The notes beneath the pieces are model-generated. The model was not told where the DNA came from. It searched no databases and saw only the letters and a list, made by a program, of their open reading frames with translations. The position numbers were made by a program, and so were the translations under genes. Positions 45,282 to 55,522 of a DNA stretch of 64,000 nt are shown in pieces. Within the stretch, counting starts at the first letter, position 1, and every line of letters starts with the position of its first letter. The DNA is from Klebsiella phage Magnus: sequence record NC_049462.1. The stretch is one strand, 5' to 3'.

Positions 45282-47564
45282 ATGATTAACGTCATTAAGA
45301 GGGACGGATCTTCTGTCTCCTTTGATATTGAAAAACTACACACCGTCGTTGAACGCGCTTGTGATGGGCTGGACGGGGTTTCAATGTCAGAGGTGATTGC
45401 AGCATCAAAGATCCAATTCACCGATAATATGAGAACCGACCGCATCCAGGATATTCTTATCCAGGCGGCTGCGTCTCTCATCTCTGTAGAAAAGCCGAAC
45501 TATCAGTATGTCGCAGCGCGTCTGAAGTCATACGATCTCCGCAAAATCGCCTATGGCCAGTACAAGCCGCCCCATCTGCTGGATATCTTTGTCAAGAACA
45601 TCAAACTCGGTAAATACGACCGGGAATTCCTGGATCTGTACACCACTGAAGAGTTTGATGAACTTCAGGCCACCATCAACCACAAACGCGATAAGAACTT
45701 CACCTGGGCGGCCATGGGCCAGCTGACTGAGAAGTACCTGTTGCGTGACCGTTCTCAAAAAGACAAGAAAGTCTATTGTGAAACTCCTCAGGTCATGTAT
45801 ATGGCGATTGCTATGGCGCTGTTCTCTAATTGGGACAAGGCCAGCCGCCTGGATATGATCAAAAAGTTCTACAATTATGCCAGCACAGGCAAATTCAGTC
45901 TTCCGACCCCCATCATGGCAGGCGTTCGTACCCCTACCCGTCAGTTCAGTTCATGCGTTCTTATCAAAACTGGCGACACGCTGGATTCCATCAACGCGAC
46001 AGCCAAATCTATCGTAGACTATGTGAGCAAGCGTGCTGGCATCGGTTTCGACGTTGGTGCAATTCGCGGTATCGGCAGTCCTATCCGGGGTGGAGAGATG
46101 GTCCACACTGGTCTGGTGCCATTCATCAAATATCTGACCGGGGCACTGAAGTCGTGCTCTCAGGGCGGTATTCGCGGTGGTGCTGCTACGGCTTATATCC
46201 CGCTGTGGCATTACCAGTTCGACGATGTCGTTGTGTTGAAGAACAACCGTGGTACGGAAGAAAACCGCGAGCGCCGTATCGACTATGGTATTCAGATCAA
46301 CCGCGTCATGTTTGAACGTCTGGTCAACAAACAACCTCTGTATTTGTTCGATCCGAAAGACAACATGGATATGTACGAGGCATATTTCAGCGACGTGGAT
46401 CAATTCCGTACTCTGTACGACAACATGATCAAAGCAGCAGACGCCGGGTTATGTCGAGCCAAGACACTCCAGGCTGAAGAAGTATTCCAGATGTTGCTGG
46501 ATCAGCGTTCCGATACCGGGCGCATTTACATCGCATTCGTTGATCACATGAACATGTATAGCCCGTTCAACCTCGACACGATTTACAGCTCGAATTTATG
46601 TCTGGAAATCGCGCTGCCGACTCGTGAGTTCCAACAATACGATGATGAAAGTGGTCGTATCGCTCTGTGTACTCTGGCATCATTCAACCTGACGGCGTTT
46701 GATGAGCCGACGGAAATGGAAGATGTGGCATTCGTATTAGTGTCCGCGCTGGACATGCTCCTCGAATATCAAGATTACCCGGCCCGCCAAGCCCGCCTGG
46801 CTGTTCAGGAATATCGTCCCCTGGGTATCGGTGTTGTCAACGTCGCTCACTTCCTGGCGCGGAACTTCACCGGATATGGTTCGCCCGCCGGGTTACAGTT
46901 GATCGATGAATGGATGGCACATCTTCACTATTATCTGGTTAAGGCATCCAACAAGCTGGCAGAAATGTTTGGCCCGTGTGGTAAAGAAACAATCCATTCA
47001 AGCGGTATGGTAACAGCTGACCTGGCCCCTCTGCCACTGGACATCCTCCCTAATGGCAAAAAGCCTGTTGGGGACGCATACGGTCTGGATTGGGATGGGT
47101 TAAAAAACAGGCTCGCCAAATTTGGTATCCGCAATGCTACCCTGTTGGCGATAGCCCCTACCGAAAGCTCCTCGCAGGTGCTGAATGCCACCAATGGGAT
47201 TGAGCCGCCGAAAGGCTTGGTGAGCATTAAGGCAAGCAAGGACGGCATCTACAAGCAAATCGTGCCGGATGTCGAAACCCTTGGGCCTATCTATGATCTC
47301 AAGTGGAACATGGAATGTATCGACTATCTGAAGACGGCGGCGGTGTTCCAGCGCTGGGTTGACCAATCTATCAGTACCAATACCTTCTATGATCCAGAGA
47401 AGTTCCCGGGAGGCAAGATCCCCCGCGCCAAGATGATGCAGGATATCCTTTCCTTCTATATGTGGGGAGGCAAGACTCTGTACTACAACACAAACAAAGA
47501 CTCCAAGGAAGATGAAGAGTTGAAAGCAGCAGAAGACCCCGGCTGCGATTCGTGCATCGTGTAA
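45282..47564 (+). CDS. nrdA: Ribonucleoside-diphosphate reductase alpha subunit (class Ia NrdA).
   Basis: ATP cone VIKRDGSSVSFDIEKL. Active-site NLCLEIALPT. C-terminal CDSCIV Cys pair. 760 aa. Confidence 0.95.
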   Translation: MINVIKRDGSSVSFDIEKLHTVVERACDGLDGVSMSEVIAASKIQFTDNMRTDRIQDILIQAAASLISVEKPNYQYVAARLKSYDLRKIAYGQYKPPHLLDIFVKNIKLGKYDREFLDLYTTEEFDELQATINHKRDKNFTWAAMGQLTEKYLLRDRSQKDKKVYCETPQVMYMAIAMALFSNWDKASRLDMIKKFYNYASTGKFSLPTPIMAGVRTPTRQFSSCVLIKTGDTLDSINATAKSIVDYVSKRAGIGFDVGAIRGIGSPIRGGEMVHTGLVPFIKYLTGALKSCSQGGIRGGAATAYIPLWHYQFDDVVVLKNNRGTEENRERRIDYGIQINRVMFERLVNKQPLYLFDPKDNMDMYEAYFSDVDQFRTLYDNMIKAADAGLCRAKTLQAEEVFQMLLDQRSDTGRIYIAFVDHMNMYSPFNLDTIYSSNLCLEIALPTREFQQYDDESGRIALCTLASFNLTAFDEPTEMEDVAFVLVSALDMLLEYQDYPARQARLAVQEYRPLGIGVVNVAHFLARNFTGYGSPAGLQLIDEWMAHLHYYLVKASNKLAEMFGPCGKETIHSSGMVTADLAPLPLDILPNGKKPVGDAYGLDWDGLKNRLAKFGIRNATLLAIAPTESSSQVLNATNGIEPPKGLVSIKASKDGIYKQIVPDVETLGPIYDLKWNMECIDYLKTAAVFQRWVDQSISTNTFYDPEKFPGGKIPRAKMMQDILSFYMWGGKTLYYNTNKDSKEDEELKAAEDPGCDSCIV

Positions 47565-47638
47565 GTTAGGTCTATATCTCACTGTGTTATATTATCAGGG
47601 GTGGAGCAATTCACCCCATTATCCATCAGGAAAGAATT

Positions 47639-48742
47639 ATGTCTGAACAAAAGCAATTTTCCGTTTTCGACCCGACATCGAATAACCAGGGACTCCCGTT
47701 CTTTGGTGATCCGGTATCAATCCAGCGTTATGACGTTGTTGCTTGGCCGTTTGTACAGAAGTGGTATGAAAAAGGCCTCAGCCAATTTTGGCGCCCGGAA
47801 GAAGTAGACATCACCAAAGACAAGGCGGATTTTGCCACTCTAAGCGATGGTGAAAAGCATATCTATTTCTCCAACCTGAAACGGCAGACCATGCTGGACT
47901 CTATCCAGGGCGCGGCCCCGTTTGAAGCATTCGGTGCCTGGGCTTCTACCCCGGAGGCGCAGTTCGCTATCCTGGAATGGACCCGCCAAGAGGCAATTCA
48001 CTCTCTGTCCTACACCCATATCCTACGCAACACGGTCAATGACCCTGGTATCGTGTTTGACCATGTGCTGGATGTTGCTGAGATCGTAGATTGTGCACAC
48101 CAAATCAGCACCTGCTACGATGAATCTGTGCGCTGGGCGGGTATGCGTATGGCGGGCCGGATCTTCACCCGTGAAGATATCATGAATGCCAAGCGGTCAT
48201 TCTGGCGATCCCTGTTTGCTGCCAACACGCTGGAAGGCATCCGCTTCTACGTTTCGTTTGCATGCTCCTGGGCATTCGTCCAATTCCTTCAAAAGATGGA
48301 AGGTAATGCGAAGATCATTCGCCAGATCGCCCGCGACGAGCAGGACCACCTGATCCTCACGCAGACATTCCTGAACCGTCTTCCGTTGATGGATCCGGAC
48401 TTTGCTGCCATTCGTGAAGAACTTCGTGCTGAGATGACGCAGATGTTCATGGATGTCGTGAATCAGGAAAAACAGTGGGCTGACTATCTGTTCAAAGAAG
48501 GTTCTATCCTGGGCTTGAACGCCAAGATCCTTCACCAGATGGTTGACTGGCTGGCGACCCACCGCATGGGTGCTATCGGCCATCCGTATCCTGGGGAACC
48601 GCGCAAAGACAATCCGGTGCCGTGGATTAACGACTGGCTAGATAATACTACAATGCAATACGCATTGCAGGAAGCAGAAGCTCCTGATTATCTGATGGGC
48701 ATACTGACTGGTTCAGTATCTGACGGTCTTAAATTTGCATAA
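47639..48742 (+). CDS. nrdB: Ribonucleoside-diphosphate reductase beta subunit (NrdB).
   Basis: Diiron/tyrosyl-radical region QEAIHSLSYTHIL; ferritin-like helices. 367 aa. Confidence 0.9.
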   Translation: MSEQKQFSVFDPTSNNQGLPFFGDPVSIQRYDVVAWPFVQKWYEKGLSQFWRPEEVDITKDKADFATLSDGEKHIYFSNLKRQTMLDSIQGAAPFEAFGAWASTPEAQFAILEWTRQEAIHSLSYTHILRNTVNDPGIVFDHVLDVAEIVDCAHQISTCYDESVRWAGMRMAGRIFTREDIMNAKRSFWRSLFAANTLEGIRFYVSFACSWAFVQFLQKMEGNAKIIRQIARDEQDHLILTQTFLNRLPLMDPDFAAIREELRAEMTQMFMDVVNQEKQWADYLFKEGSILGLNAKILHQMVDWLATHRMGAIGHPYPGEPRKDNPVPWINDWLDNTTMQYALQEAEAPDYLMGILTGSVSDGLKFA

Positions 48743-48751
48743 AGGTGAGAA

Positions 48752-48976
48752 ATGATTACGATCTATTCCAAACAAGGTTGTGCACAGTGTGTTACAGCTG
48801 AGAACATCTGTCGCATTCGCGGTATTGAGCATCGTATACTCAAACTTGAAAAGGACTACAAGTTGGAAGATCTACAAGCTCTGACGGGTAAGCAGCGCAT
48901 GTCTATGCCTGTAATCGTTCTCTCTGACCAGACTGTGACCGACGTTGCTGGTCTCGCCGCAAGCGTTAAACGCTGA
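48752..48976 (+). CDS. Glutaredoxin/NrdH-like redoxin.
   Basis: ITIYSKQGCAQCVTAE (CxxC). 74 aa, immediately downstream of nrdB. Confidence 0.7.
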   Translation: MITIYSKQGCAQCVTAENICRIRGIEHRILKLEKDYKLEDLQALTGKQRMSMPVIVLSDQTVTDVAGLAASVKR

Positions 48977-48983
48977 TCGTGAC

Positions 48984-49010
48984 AAGCCCCCAAAAGGGGG
49001 CTTTACTTTT
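48984..49010 (+). terminator. Rho-independent terminator.
   Basis: aagccccc-aaaa-gggggctt tacttttg. Confidence 0.75.
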
Positions 49011-49069
49011 GAAAAAGCCAGACCTATACTTCCTGTACATACCAAATATTGAATAGCAGGAACTACATC

Positions 49070-49525
49070 ATGTCGAACATCATCTTACGCAATCCCGGTC
49101 ATCATTTTGGATACATCCAACTCCCGTTGGTCATCGACACTTTATACCCTGAAGACAAAGAACAGATTTGTTGGTCTCCAGCGGCCCTCATTGAACGAGA
49201 GATATTCAAATCAGAAGTGGATGTCATGTACCGGTTTGGGGAAACGGGCAAATTGCAATATATGGGCAAGGCCACCGAGTTGCGAACCACCAGAGAACAA
49301 AGATTTCTTCGTATTGATACGACAAATTGCGAATTCTTTGTTCTTCTGAAGGAATATGTGACACGGAATCGCCCGGTTTCCCAGCACCGCCCGTTCTTGT
49401 CAAGTGTGCATATTGACAACTTTATCTCTGATGTTCACCTTGTGGCTTCTACTCTTCACGATGAAGAAACTGGTGTACCAAAGGACACAGTCTTAAATAT
49501 GGTTGTGATCACATTAGTGGAGTAA
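49070..49525 (+). CDS. Hypothetical protein.
   Basis: ORF; the ATG at 49070 follows AGGA. Confidence 0.4.
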   Translation: MSNIILRNPGHHFGYIQLPLVIDTLYPEDKEQICWSPAALIEREIFKSEVDVMYRFGETGKLQYMGKATELRTTREQRFLRIDTTNCEFFVLLKEYVTRNRPVSQHRPFLSSVHIDNFISDVHLVASTLHDEETGVPKDTVLNMVVITLVE

Positions 49526-49531
49526 GCCGCT

Positions 49532-49900
49532 ATGAGCGATTTAGTCTTGAATACCCAATTCCGTCTTCCTGTGGATTCTCTTGTCCCGTTTCAAATCATG
49601 AAACAGATGCTTGAAGAAGGCATGGAAGTTCCGTTAAAACATAATGGACAAGATATCGGGCGCTGTATGAGTTGCTCATTTCAGGATGATGCGTATTGGG
49701 CAATGGACTATAATGCTCAAATGCCAATTGAGGCTAACACACTCATGGAATTGGGTTTCATTTTCAAATTAAAACCACCAATCCGTTTATACGATATCAA
49801 GCCTGTAGTAATACAGATACCTGCTGGCAAATCAACTTACATGTACTTGATATCGCATTTTATGTTTTATGACGTTGCGCCGTCAGTTGGTCCGTTGTAA
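49532..49900 (+). CDS. Hypothetical protein.
   Basis: ORF with SD GGAG. Confidence 0.4.
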   Translation: MSDLVLNTQFRLPVDSLVPFQIMKQMLEEGMEVPLKHNGQDIGRCMSCSFQDDAYWAMDYNAQMPIEANTLMELGFIFKLKPPIRLYDIKPVVIQIPAGKSTYMYLISHFMFYDVAPSVGPL

Positions 49901-50263
49901 CCAGATGGTGTCAGTAATCGGTTCAGGATCATTCACGACGTTAAACGTAATGGTGACTGCCAGGGAATGGTAGTCATCAGACAGAGATACTTCGACAGAC
50001 TGTAGTTCTGCCCTCGGTTCATAAAGAGCAATAGCATCTTCAACTTTGTTCTTCACATCCACCTGAATAGTCGGCGTCGTGTTTTCCCCGAGCATCCCAT
50101 AAAGGCCAGCACCCATATCTGGTAGAGTCCGCCATTCGCCTGCCGACGACATAACAATATTCCGGACAGACTGTAACACAGCCCATTTCCCAGATTTCAT
50201 CGTGACGTCTTTGGTAACAGGATGCATCCCAAATTTTAGGTCCACATCTTTATAATCTTTCAT
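49883..50263 (-). CDS. 25: Baseplate wedge subunit gp25-like.
   Basis: ALYEPRAELQSVEVSLSDDYHSLAVTITFNVVNDPEPI aligns with T4 gp25 RNYEPRIDKLAVNVIPVYDDYTLIVEIRFSVIDNPDDI. Confidence 0.85.
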   Translation of the reverse strand: MKDYKDVDLKFGMHPVTKDVTMKSGKWAVLQSVRNIVMSSAGEWRTLPDMGAGLYGMLGENTTPTIQVDVKNKVEDAIALYEPRAELQSVEVSLSDDYHSLAVTITFNVVNDPEPITDTIWLQRTN

Positions 50264-50326
50264 GTTGAGGCTCCCTCAGCAGCACGGAGAGGCAGTATCC
50301 GCCTCTCCTGGTGTAATCGTATGGGG

Positions 50327-51949
50327 TTATTGGCTGGAACCAAAATTACCGCCATTGTCTTCCAGTTCTGGTTTGATATCGATAGTGCCCGGCCCTGTCG
50401 GTGACGCTGGGGTCGCACCACTAAGAGAACTGGCCCGGCCCGCGCCTTCGGCATATTTGATATTACCGTCGATGGTCTGGGCTACCGTCAATTTGTCAGC
50501 GATGATCTCGGACACGAGGATCTTAGGAACCTTCAACGTACCTGACACTTCTAACATCTGACAAACGATACGGAAAATATTCTGCGCCTGGATTTCGGCA
50601 AGCTGAGAATATTTCATCAAAGATGTCCCGGCAACTACGTGTGAATGATTGCTGGAATGAAGATGATAAACTTCGCCTGTCTTGCGCTGAACTTCCGTCC
50701 CACCAACGGTCAGGTTATGGTCGCGACCGACGTAATACCTTTTGTCGAACATCGCAATATCATAGTGGTCTTTTACTGATTTATTGACCACGTCACCGTT
50801 CGGTAACATTTGTTTATAGGAACCTGACTGGTGCATCCAATGAAGACGCTCACCGCCGGGCGTATCATCAACTTCCATAATATGTCCAGAACGGGAAGCC
50901 ATAACATTGTTGTACGGATATACTGAGCCGCCAGCGGATGGAACAATAGTTTCGCCTGTGTTATCGATATCCTGTACGCGACCAGATGGTGGTGGTGTCT
51001 GCTGTACTTTTGGAGTACGATCAGGAATAGGCTCAGACCATTTTCCATTCTGTTGCGCCGGGGATGCAGCAACTGTATTAGCCGGGCCGGGCCAACGATA
51101 ACCCAAAACTGAAGAACGGCTGAAACGGCTGACCTTCACACTGTCAGATTGGTTGCCCCCAAGGCACCACACATAATTCGCATCAAACTTCTGAACAAAC
51201 GCCACATGCCCAAAAGTCGGGTTGTTCCCTCGACGGAAAACGACCACTGCCCCATAACGGGGTTCAGACAAAGGAGAACCCCATTGAAGATATGAACGGG
51301 CCAAAGCAGATCGTGTAGATGTGAATCCAGCCTGGAGGAGAACCCAACCAACGAATGCAGCACACCAACTCACTTCGTCTTCAGATGCTCCAAGAGAAGT
51401 GGTTTTGTGATATTCTACAATCCTTGGGTTGTTGTTGAATTTACCAGCATATTCCTTCACACCCAATTCGCCTCGAGCGACAGTCATCCATTTTTCAGGA
51501 TCATACCCATCTTTGGGCGGCTCTGGGTCAGGTTGAGGTTCGTCTTCTATTTTTACAGGAACATCTGTAACAGCATTATATTTTTGACGTTCAATAGACT
51601 GCACAACCTGGCCGAGAGCCAACGGGTTGGTGTCAGAACCATTAACCTGGTTGGCTGCTGGCCACACCCACGCTATTCTCAAATTCTGGTATGCTTCGTC
51701 AAGGGCGAACCCCATGACTTCACTGTTGACAGTAATACCAGTCGGAGACCAGCCTAAACCTGCCGAGGACGCATTTGTTGCAGGCATCATGAGCACAGCC
51801 CATGGTAACAGCTCAGTAGGCAGGAGAGTAGTGTCTTGGGTGTGTACGCCGTATACACGGACGGCAACGCGCCCGTTTTCTTCGGGATCATTCACGTCTT
51901 CAACGCGCCCATAAAACCAACGCATATTTTCTAACATAGTGATGTCCAA
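50327..51949 (-). CDS. 5: Baseplate hub / cell-puncturing protein gp5-like with a CHAP peptidoglycan-hydrolase domain (TTG start per the ORF track).
   Basis: N-terminal gp5/VgrG OB-fold signature FYGRVEDVNDPEENGRVAVRVYGVH. CHAP domain Cys/His (VSWCAAFVGW ... FGHVAFV). C-terminal beta-strand-rich region. Confidence 0.7.
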   Translation of the reverse strand: MDITMLENMRWFYGRVEDVNDPEENGRVAVRVYGVHTQDTTLLPTELLPWAVLMMPATNASSAGLGWSPTGITVNSEVMGFALDEAYQNLRIAWVWPAANQVNGSDTNPLALGQVVQSIERQKYNAVTDVPVKIEDEPQPDPEPPKDGYDPEKWMTVARGELGVKEYAGKFNNNPRIVEYHKTTSLGASEDEVSWCAAFVGWVLLQAGFTSTRSALARSYLQWGSPLSEPRYGAVVVFRRGNNPTFGHVAFVQKFDANYVWCLGGNQSDSVKVSRFSRSSVLGYRWPGPANTVAASPAQQNGKWSEPIPDRTPKVQQTPPPSGRVQDIDNTGETIVPSAGGSVYPYNNVMASRSGHIMEVDDTPGGERLHWMHQSGSYKQMLPNGDVVNKSVKDHYDIAMFDKRYYVGRDHNLTVGGTEVQRKTGEVYHLHSSNHSHVVAGTSLMKYSQLAEIQAQNIFRIVCQMLEVSGTLKVPKILVSEIIADKLTVAQTIDGNIKYAEGAGRASSLSGATPASPTGPGTIDIKPELEDNGGNFGSSQ

Positions 51950-52262
51950 ATGTGTAGAGGATGTTGAAGATATTTATGCTCTGTCGAATATAATATTATA
52001 GGATGCGTCAGCATCCGTTGTATTTGATTTATTTGTTTCAACTCGCGTTGCTCGTGAAAGACCGTCTTACGCAGACAGCGCCCTTCCAATGCCAGGGAGG
52101 CATAAGGCGAGGAAACAACCATACAGCACAGAATGTCCGTAGAAAAACGATTTTTATTCCATCCTAAACATTCAATAGCTTAGAAGCCAGGAGTTTGTTC
52201 AGGAACAATGGCATTATAAGAAATTGCGTTCAAGAAACAACAAATAGACCTGTAAAACAAAT

Positions 52263-52295
52263 AAGCAATAAAAACCCCGCTCATGCGGGGTTTTG
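52263..52295 (-). terminator. Hairpin terminator between minus-strand genes (could act on either strand).
   Basis: aaaaccccgc-tcat-gcggggtttt ggttcttttt. Confidence 0.6.
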
Positions 52296-52441
52296 GTTCT
52301 TTTTAGCAAGACGAGCTTTCAATGTCTCTGTAAGCATATCAAGATGCCAGGGCATTAATTCGCTTATTTCAAATATGCTATAGCCTTGTGACTTCAATTC
52401 GTCACACATCACGAAGTAGGATAATAAATCAATTTCAAAAA

Positions 52442-53245
52442 TTAAATGAAAATCTCTTCAAGACTATTAAATTCGATCTTGTGCTCTTTACCGCAACCAG
52501 GACACTTAATCTTGGTTTCAAAATGAATGCGCGGTATTTTGGAAAAGAAATCGTCTTTAATTTTCTGGATAATATCCGTTTCCAGGTTATCGCCAACCCA
52601 TTGTACAAACTCATCACGAGTTTTCTTACGAGCAACTGCTACCTGAGGATCAATACCCGGTTCATTAGGGTCATCAAACCGCCAAACCTGACCGTCATCG
52701 TCATACAAACAATCGATGAATGTAGCAATGCTCTCTTCGATAGAAACCACTTTCTGAAGCACTCCAGCATCAGAGAAGGATGGTTGACGCATCTTGATGT
52801 GATAGCCGCCCGGCAGGTCGAAGCATTCTGTAAACCCCTCGACGCCCCGCGCCGCCACCTTGTCCAGAGGGATAGGCACAACGAGTTCTTGACCGCATGC
52901 TTCTAAATTGTCCCCAGGATAATCAGGATCAACAGAAGGAACTTTGATCTGGTTGTTGCATTTGTACCGGATTTTCATTACTTCACCGATTGATATACAA
53001 CGCATCCGAAGGAAAACTTCTTCTACAACACCGATCGGGAGTTTGGCAAATGGAACTCCAGCATCTACACAAGACGAAAATAATGATTCCATCGTTGCGA
53101 TACGTTCATCATCAGGAGTGTTTGGGTCAGCCACCTGAAGTAAAGAAGTTTGTTGCCCCGCAGTAAACGCGCGATACTTGATGACAGTAGGCCAAAATTG
53201 GCTTTTGAGCGTTCTTTCTGTACGAGGCAATGATGGTAAATTCAT
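52442..53245 (-). CDS. Hypothetical baseplate-region protein with a C-terminal zinc ribbon.
   Basis: Sits upstream of gp5 in the same minus-strand operon. C-terminal CPGCGKEH. Confidence 0.4.
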   Translation of the reverse strand: MNLPSLPRTERTLKSQFWPTVIKYRAFTAGQQTSLLQVADPNTPDDERIATMESLFSSCVDAGVPFAKLPIGVVEEVFLRMRCISIGEVMKIRYKCNNQIKVPSVDPDYPGDNLEACGQELVVPIPLDKVAARGVEGFTECFDLPGGYHIKMRQPSFSDAGVLQKVVSIEESIATFIDCLYDDDGQVWRFDDPNEPGIDPQVAVARKKTRDEFVQWVGDNLETDIIQKIKDDFFSKIPRIHFETKIKCPGCGKEHKIEFNSLEEIFI

Positions 53246-53290
53246 AATGTATCTCCACGGTATAATGTAGTCTTTTAATTAGGGGGATTT

Positions 53291-53872
53291 ATGGGTAGAA
53301 ACACTGATGGTATTGTTTGTGGAGTAGGAATAAATGATTCACAACAGAAGATTAGTGACATGCCGTCTGGGGTTCAAGTATACAACCGTTGGCGTCAAAT
53401 GATTTATCGTTGTTATGACCCAGAATATCTGAAATCTTCACCAACATATGCGGGGTGTTGGGTTTGTGAAGAGTGGCTAAGTTTTACAAATTTTTATCGT
53501 TGGTATATTAGTCATTATATGGTAGGTTATCATCTTGACAAGGATCTTTTGATTCCTGGTAATAGATGTTATTCCCCGGAAACTTGTATCTTTATTCCTC
53601 AATGGTTGAACTCATTCACTATAAATCGTAGTTCTAAACGCGGTTTATACCCAGTTGGGGTTTGTAAATTTGGAAACCGTTATAAATCTTATTGTAATGA
53701 CCCTTTTACGGGAAAGCAACGATATATTGGGTATTTTTCTACGCCGGAAGATGCACATCAGGCTTGGTTAGAAACTAAATTAAAATATTCTAAAGAACTA
53801 AAATCTTACATGGATGCCATAGATACACGTTTGTACCCCAATGTGGTTGAAATTATAAAGAAAATGAAATAA
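53291..53872 (+). mobile_element. AP2-domain homing-endonuclease-like protein (free-standing, AT-rich island).
   Basis: N-region YNRWRQMIYRCYDP...GCWVCEEWLSFTNFYRW, typical of phage HNH/AP2 homing-endonuclease-like proteins. AP2-like YIGYFSTPEDAHQAW. Local drop in GC. Confidence 0.55.
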
Positions 53873-53881
53873 GGAACGAAA

Positions 53882-54412
53882 ATGCATGGTTTCTGTTTTA
53901 GCCAGATCGGAGAGCAATTGACAATACTTCATCCTGATGCTGGTACTGATTTCTATTTATTCCTGTCGGATTATGCGAGACATTTGGGTGTAGACACCAT
54001 CGCGATGTCTAAAGATGATATGAAATTTGGTAAACTGGGAACAAAAGATTTATTGAGATATGGATTTAATGTCATTGTCGTAGATCCTGTCTATAGTCCT
54101 ATTCAGGATGAAGACGTTATACCCGTGGGTGTGCACAGGAATATTGAAACATTACACAAATATTATCCCGATTGCATCGTGATCGGAGAGATCATTCCGT
54201 ATTTTCATAAAAGAAGACGCCTTCAAACGATTAAAAGTTATTTTCAAGAAGGCCAAGCGTCCGTTATTATGGATGTCCTCACAAGTGGTTGGGTTGTTAA
54301 AAGTACGACTGGCAATAGCCAACAAATCAATTCCCGTGTATATGAATATGTGAAAGAACGAGACTACGAACTGGAGAATAGTAATGCAAAACGAAAAACG
54401 CGCCGATCTTGA
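53882..54412 (+). CDS. Hypothetical protein (AT-rich).
   Basis: ORF adjacent to the homing-endonuclease-like gene. Confidence 0.35.
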   Translation: MHGFCFSQIGEQLTILHPDAGTDFYLFLSDYARHLGVDTIAMSKDDMKFGKLGTKDLLRYGFNVIVVDPVYSPIQDEDVIPVGVHRNIETLHKYYPDCIVIGEIIPYFHKRRRLQTIKSYFQEGQASVIMDVLTSGWVVKSTTGNSQQINSRVYEYVKERDYELENSNAKRKTRRS

Positions 54413-54872
54413 GCAGTTGAAAACAGTTATCATCAATCGCCTAAAGGCCGTCGTCACCAACGATAAAGGTGAAGTCGCACCGGGGTTTGAAGGTATTTTC
54501 GATGAATTCCAAACCGACGACATGGGTAATCCGGTCATCCAAACCGTCGCCGGGATGATCATGATCGATAAAGAGATCCTGGAAAGCGGTTCTGTTCGTT
54601 ATTCACCGAACATGGGTGTTGAAGCCGAATCCCTCTGTTCCGAAGTGATGGACATTAACGAAGCGATCAGTGAAATCGGGTACAAACTGCTTATCTGTAC
54701 CGGCCATTACGTGGATCCTCAGGGGCAGATCGCTTATGGTGACGAAGCACGTAAAGTGAAACGTCACGTTGAAACTAGTGTTCTGCTGAACACCATCCGT
54801 GAGATGCAGAAAGAGCAGGAAAGCGTCAAGCCGCGCCTGATCCTGCCGGATAGCAAAATCGTCACCCGATAA
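54384..54872 (+). CDS. Hypothetical protein.
   Basis: ORF. Confidence 0.4.
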   Translation: MQNEKRADLEQLKTVIINRLKAVVTNDKGEVAPGFEGIFDEFQTDDMGNPVIQTVAGMIMIDKEILESGSVRYSPNMGVEAESLCSEVMDINEAISEIGYKLLICTGHYVDPQGQIAYGDEARKVKRHVETSVLLNTIREMQKEQESVKPRLILPDSKIVTR

Positions 54873-54910
54873 ATCGGTCTAAATACCCATAACACCAATG
54901 AAACTATGTT

Positions 54911-55522
54911 ATGGGTATTTTTATGAAATATTGCGGAATTGACTACTCTTATGGTTGCCCAGCGATTTGTGTCTGGGACGACAAAGATCCTTTGGAATTT
55001 AATTCCCTTCGCTTCTATGCATATTACACGGTAGAAAAATATTGTCGCCCTATTCGGCCGAACATCAGCATTATGAAGCAACCTGCATATTCCTCCCCTG
55101 AAGAAAGATTCTATAACATTTCCAAATGGGCAGAAGCTGTTCTTCTTACAGAGAAACCTGATTTCATAACCCTCGAGGGTTATGCGATGGGCAACTCTAA
55201 GAACTCCAATAATATATGCCAAACCGCTGAGAACACTTCTCTTTTGAAGCAAGCAATGCGCCGTAATAATATGGAATTCGAAATCATCACTCCTTCTTAT
55301 ACCAAAAAGAATTTCACAGGTAAGGGCACTGCTGACAAACTTGCTATGATAGCCCACTTCGAGAAGCTGTTCAACGTTAACATGCGCGGTATAATGGATA
55401 TGTTGGAAGTTAAAGATCCGAAGCCAATCGATGATCTTGTCGATGGGTTTGCCAATATGGTAGGCGGTTCTGCTTTCAAAGAGAATCATCCCGAATTTAA
55501 TTCTGAGGTGCACAATGGTTGA
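54911..55522 (+). CDS. RuvC-like Holliday junction resolvase (start possibly at the in-frame ATG 54923).
   Basis: KYCGIDYSYG (GID Asp), ITLEGYA (Glu), DDLVDGFANMV (C-terminal Asp pair), arranged as in phage RuvC-type resolvases. Confidence 0.5.
   Translation: MGIFMKYCGIDYSYGCPAICVWDDKDPLEFNSLRFYAYYTVEKYCRPIRPNISIMKQPAYSSPEERFYNISKWAEAVLLTEKPDFITLEGYAMGNSKNSNNICQTAENTSLLKQAMRRNNMEFEIITPSYTKKNFTGKGTADKLAMIAHFEKLFNVNMRGIMDMLEVKDPKPIDDLVDGFANMVGGSAFKENHPEFNSEVHNG

Noticed and set aside
52442-53245. Calling the 267-aa protein upstream of gp5 as gp53 or gp26.
   Set aside because: No sequence resemblance to T4 gp53/gp26 that I can recognise; only the position suggests a baseplate role.
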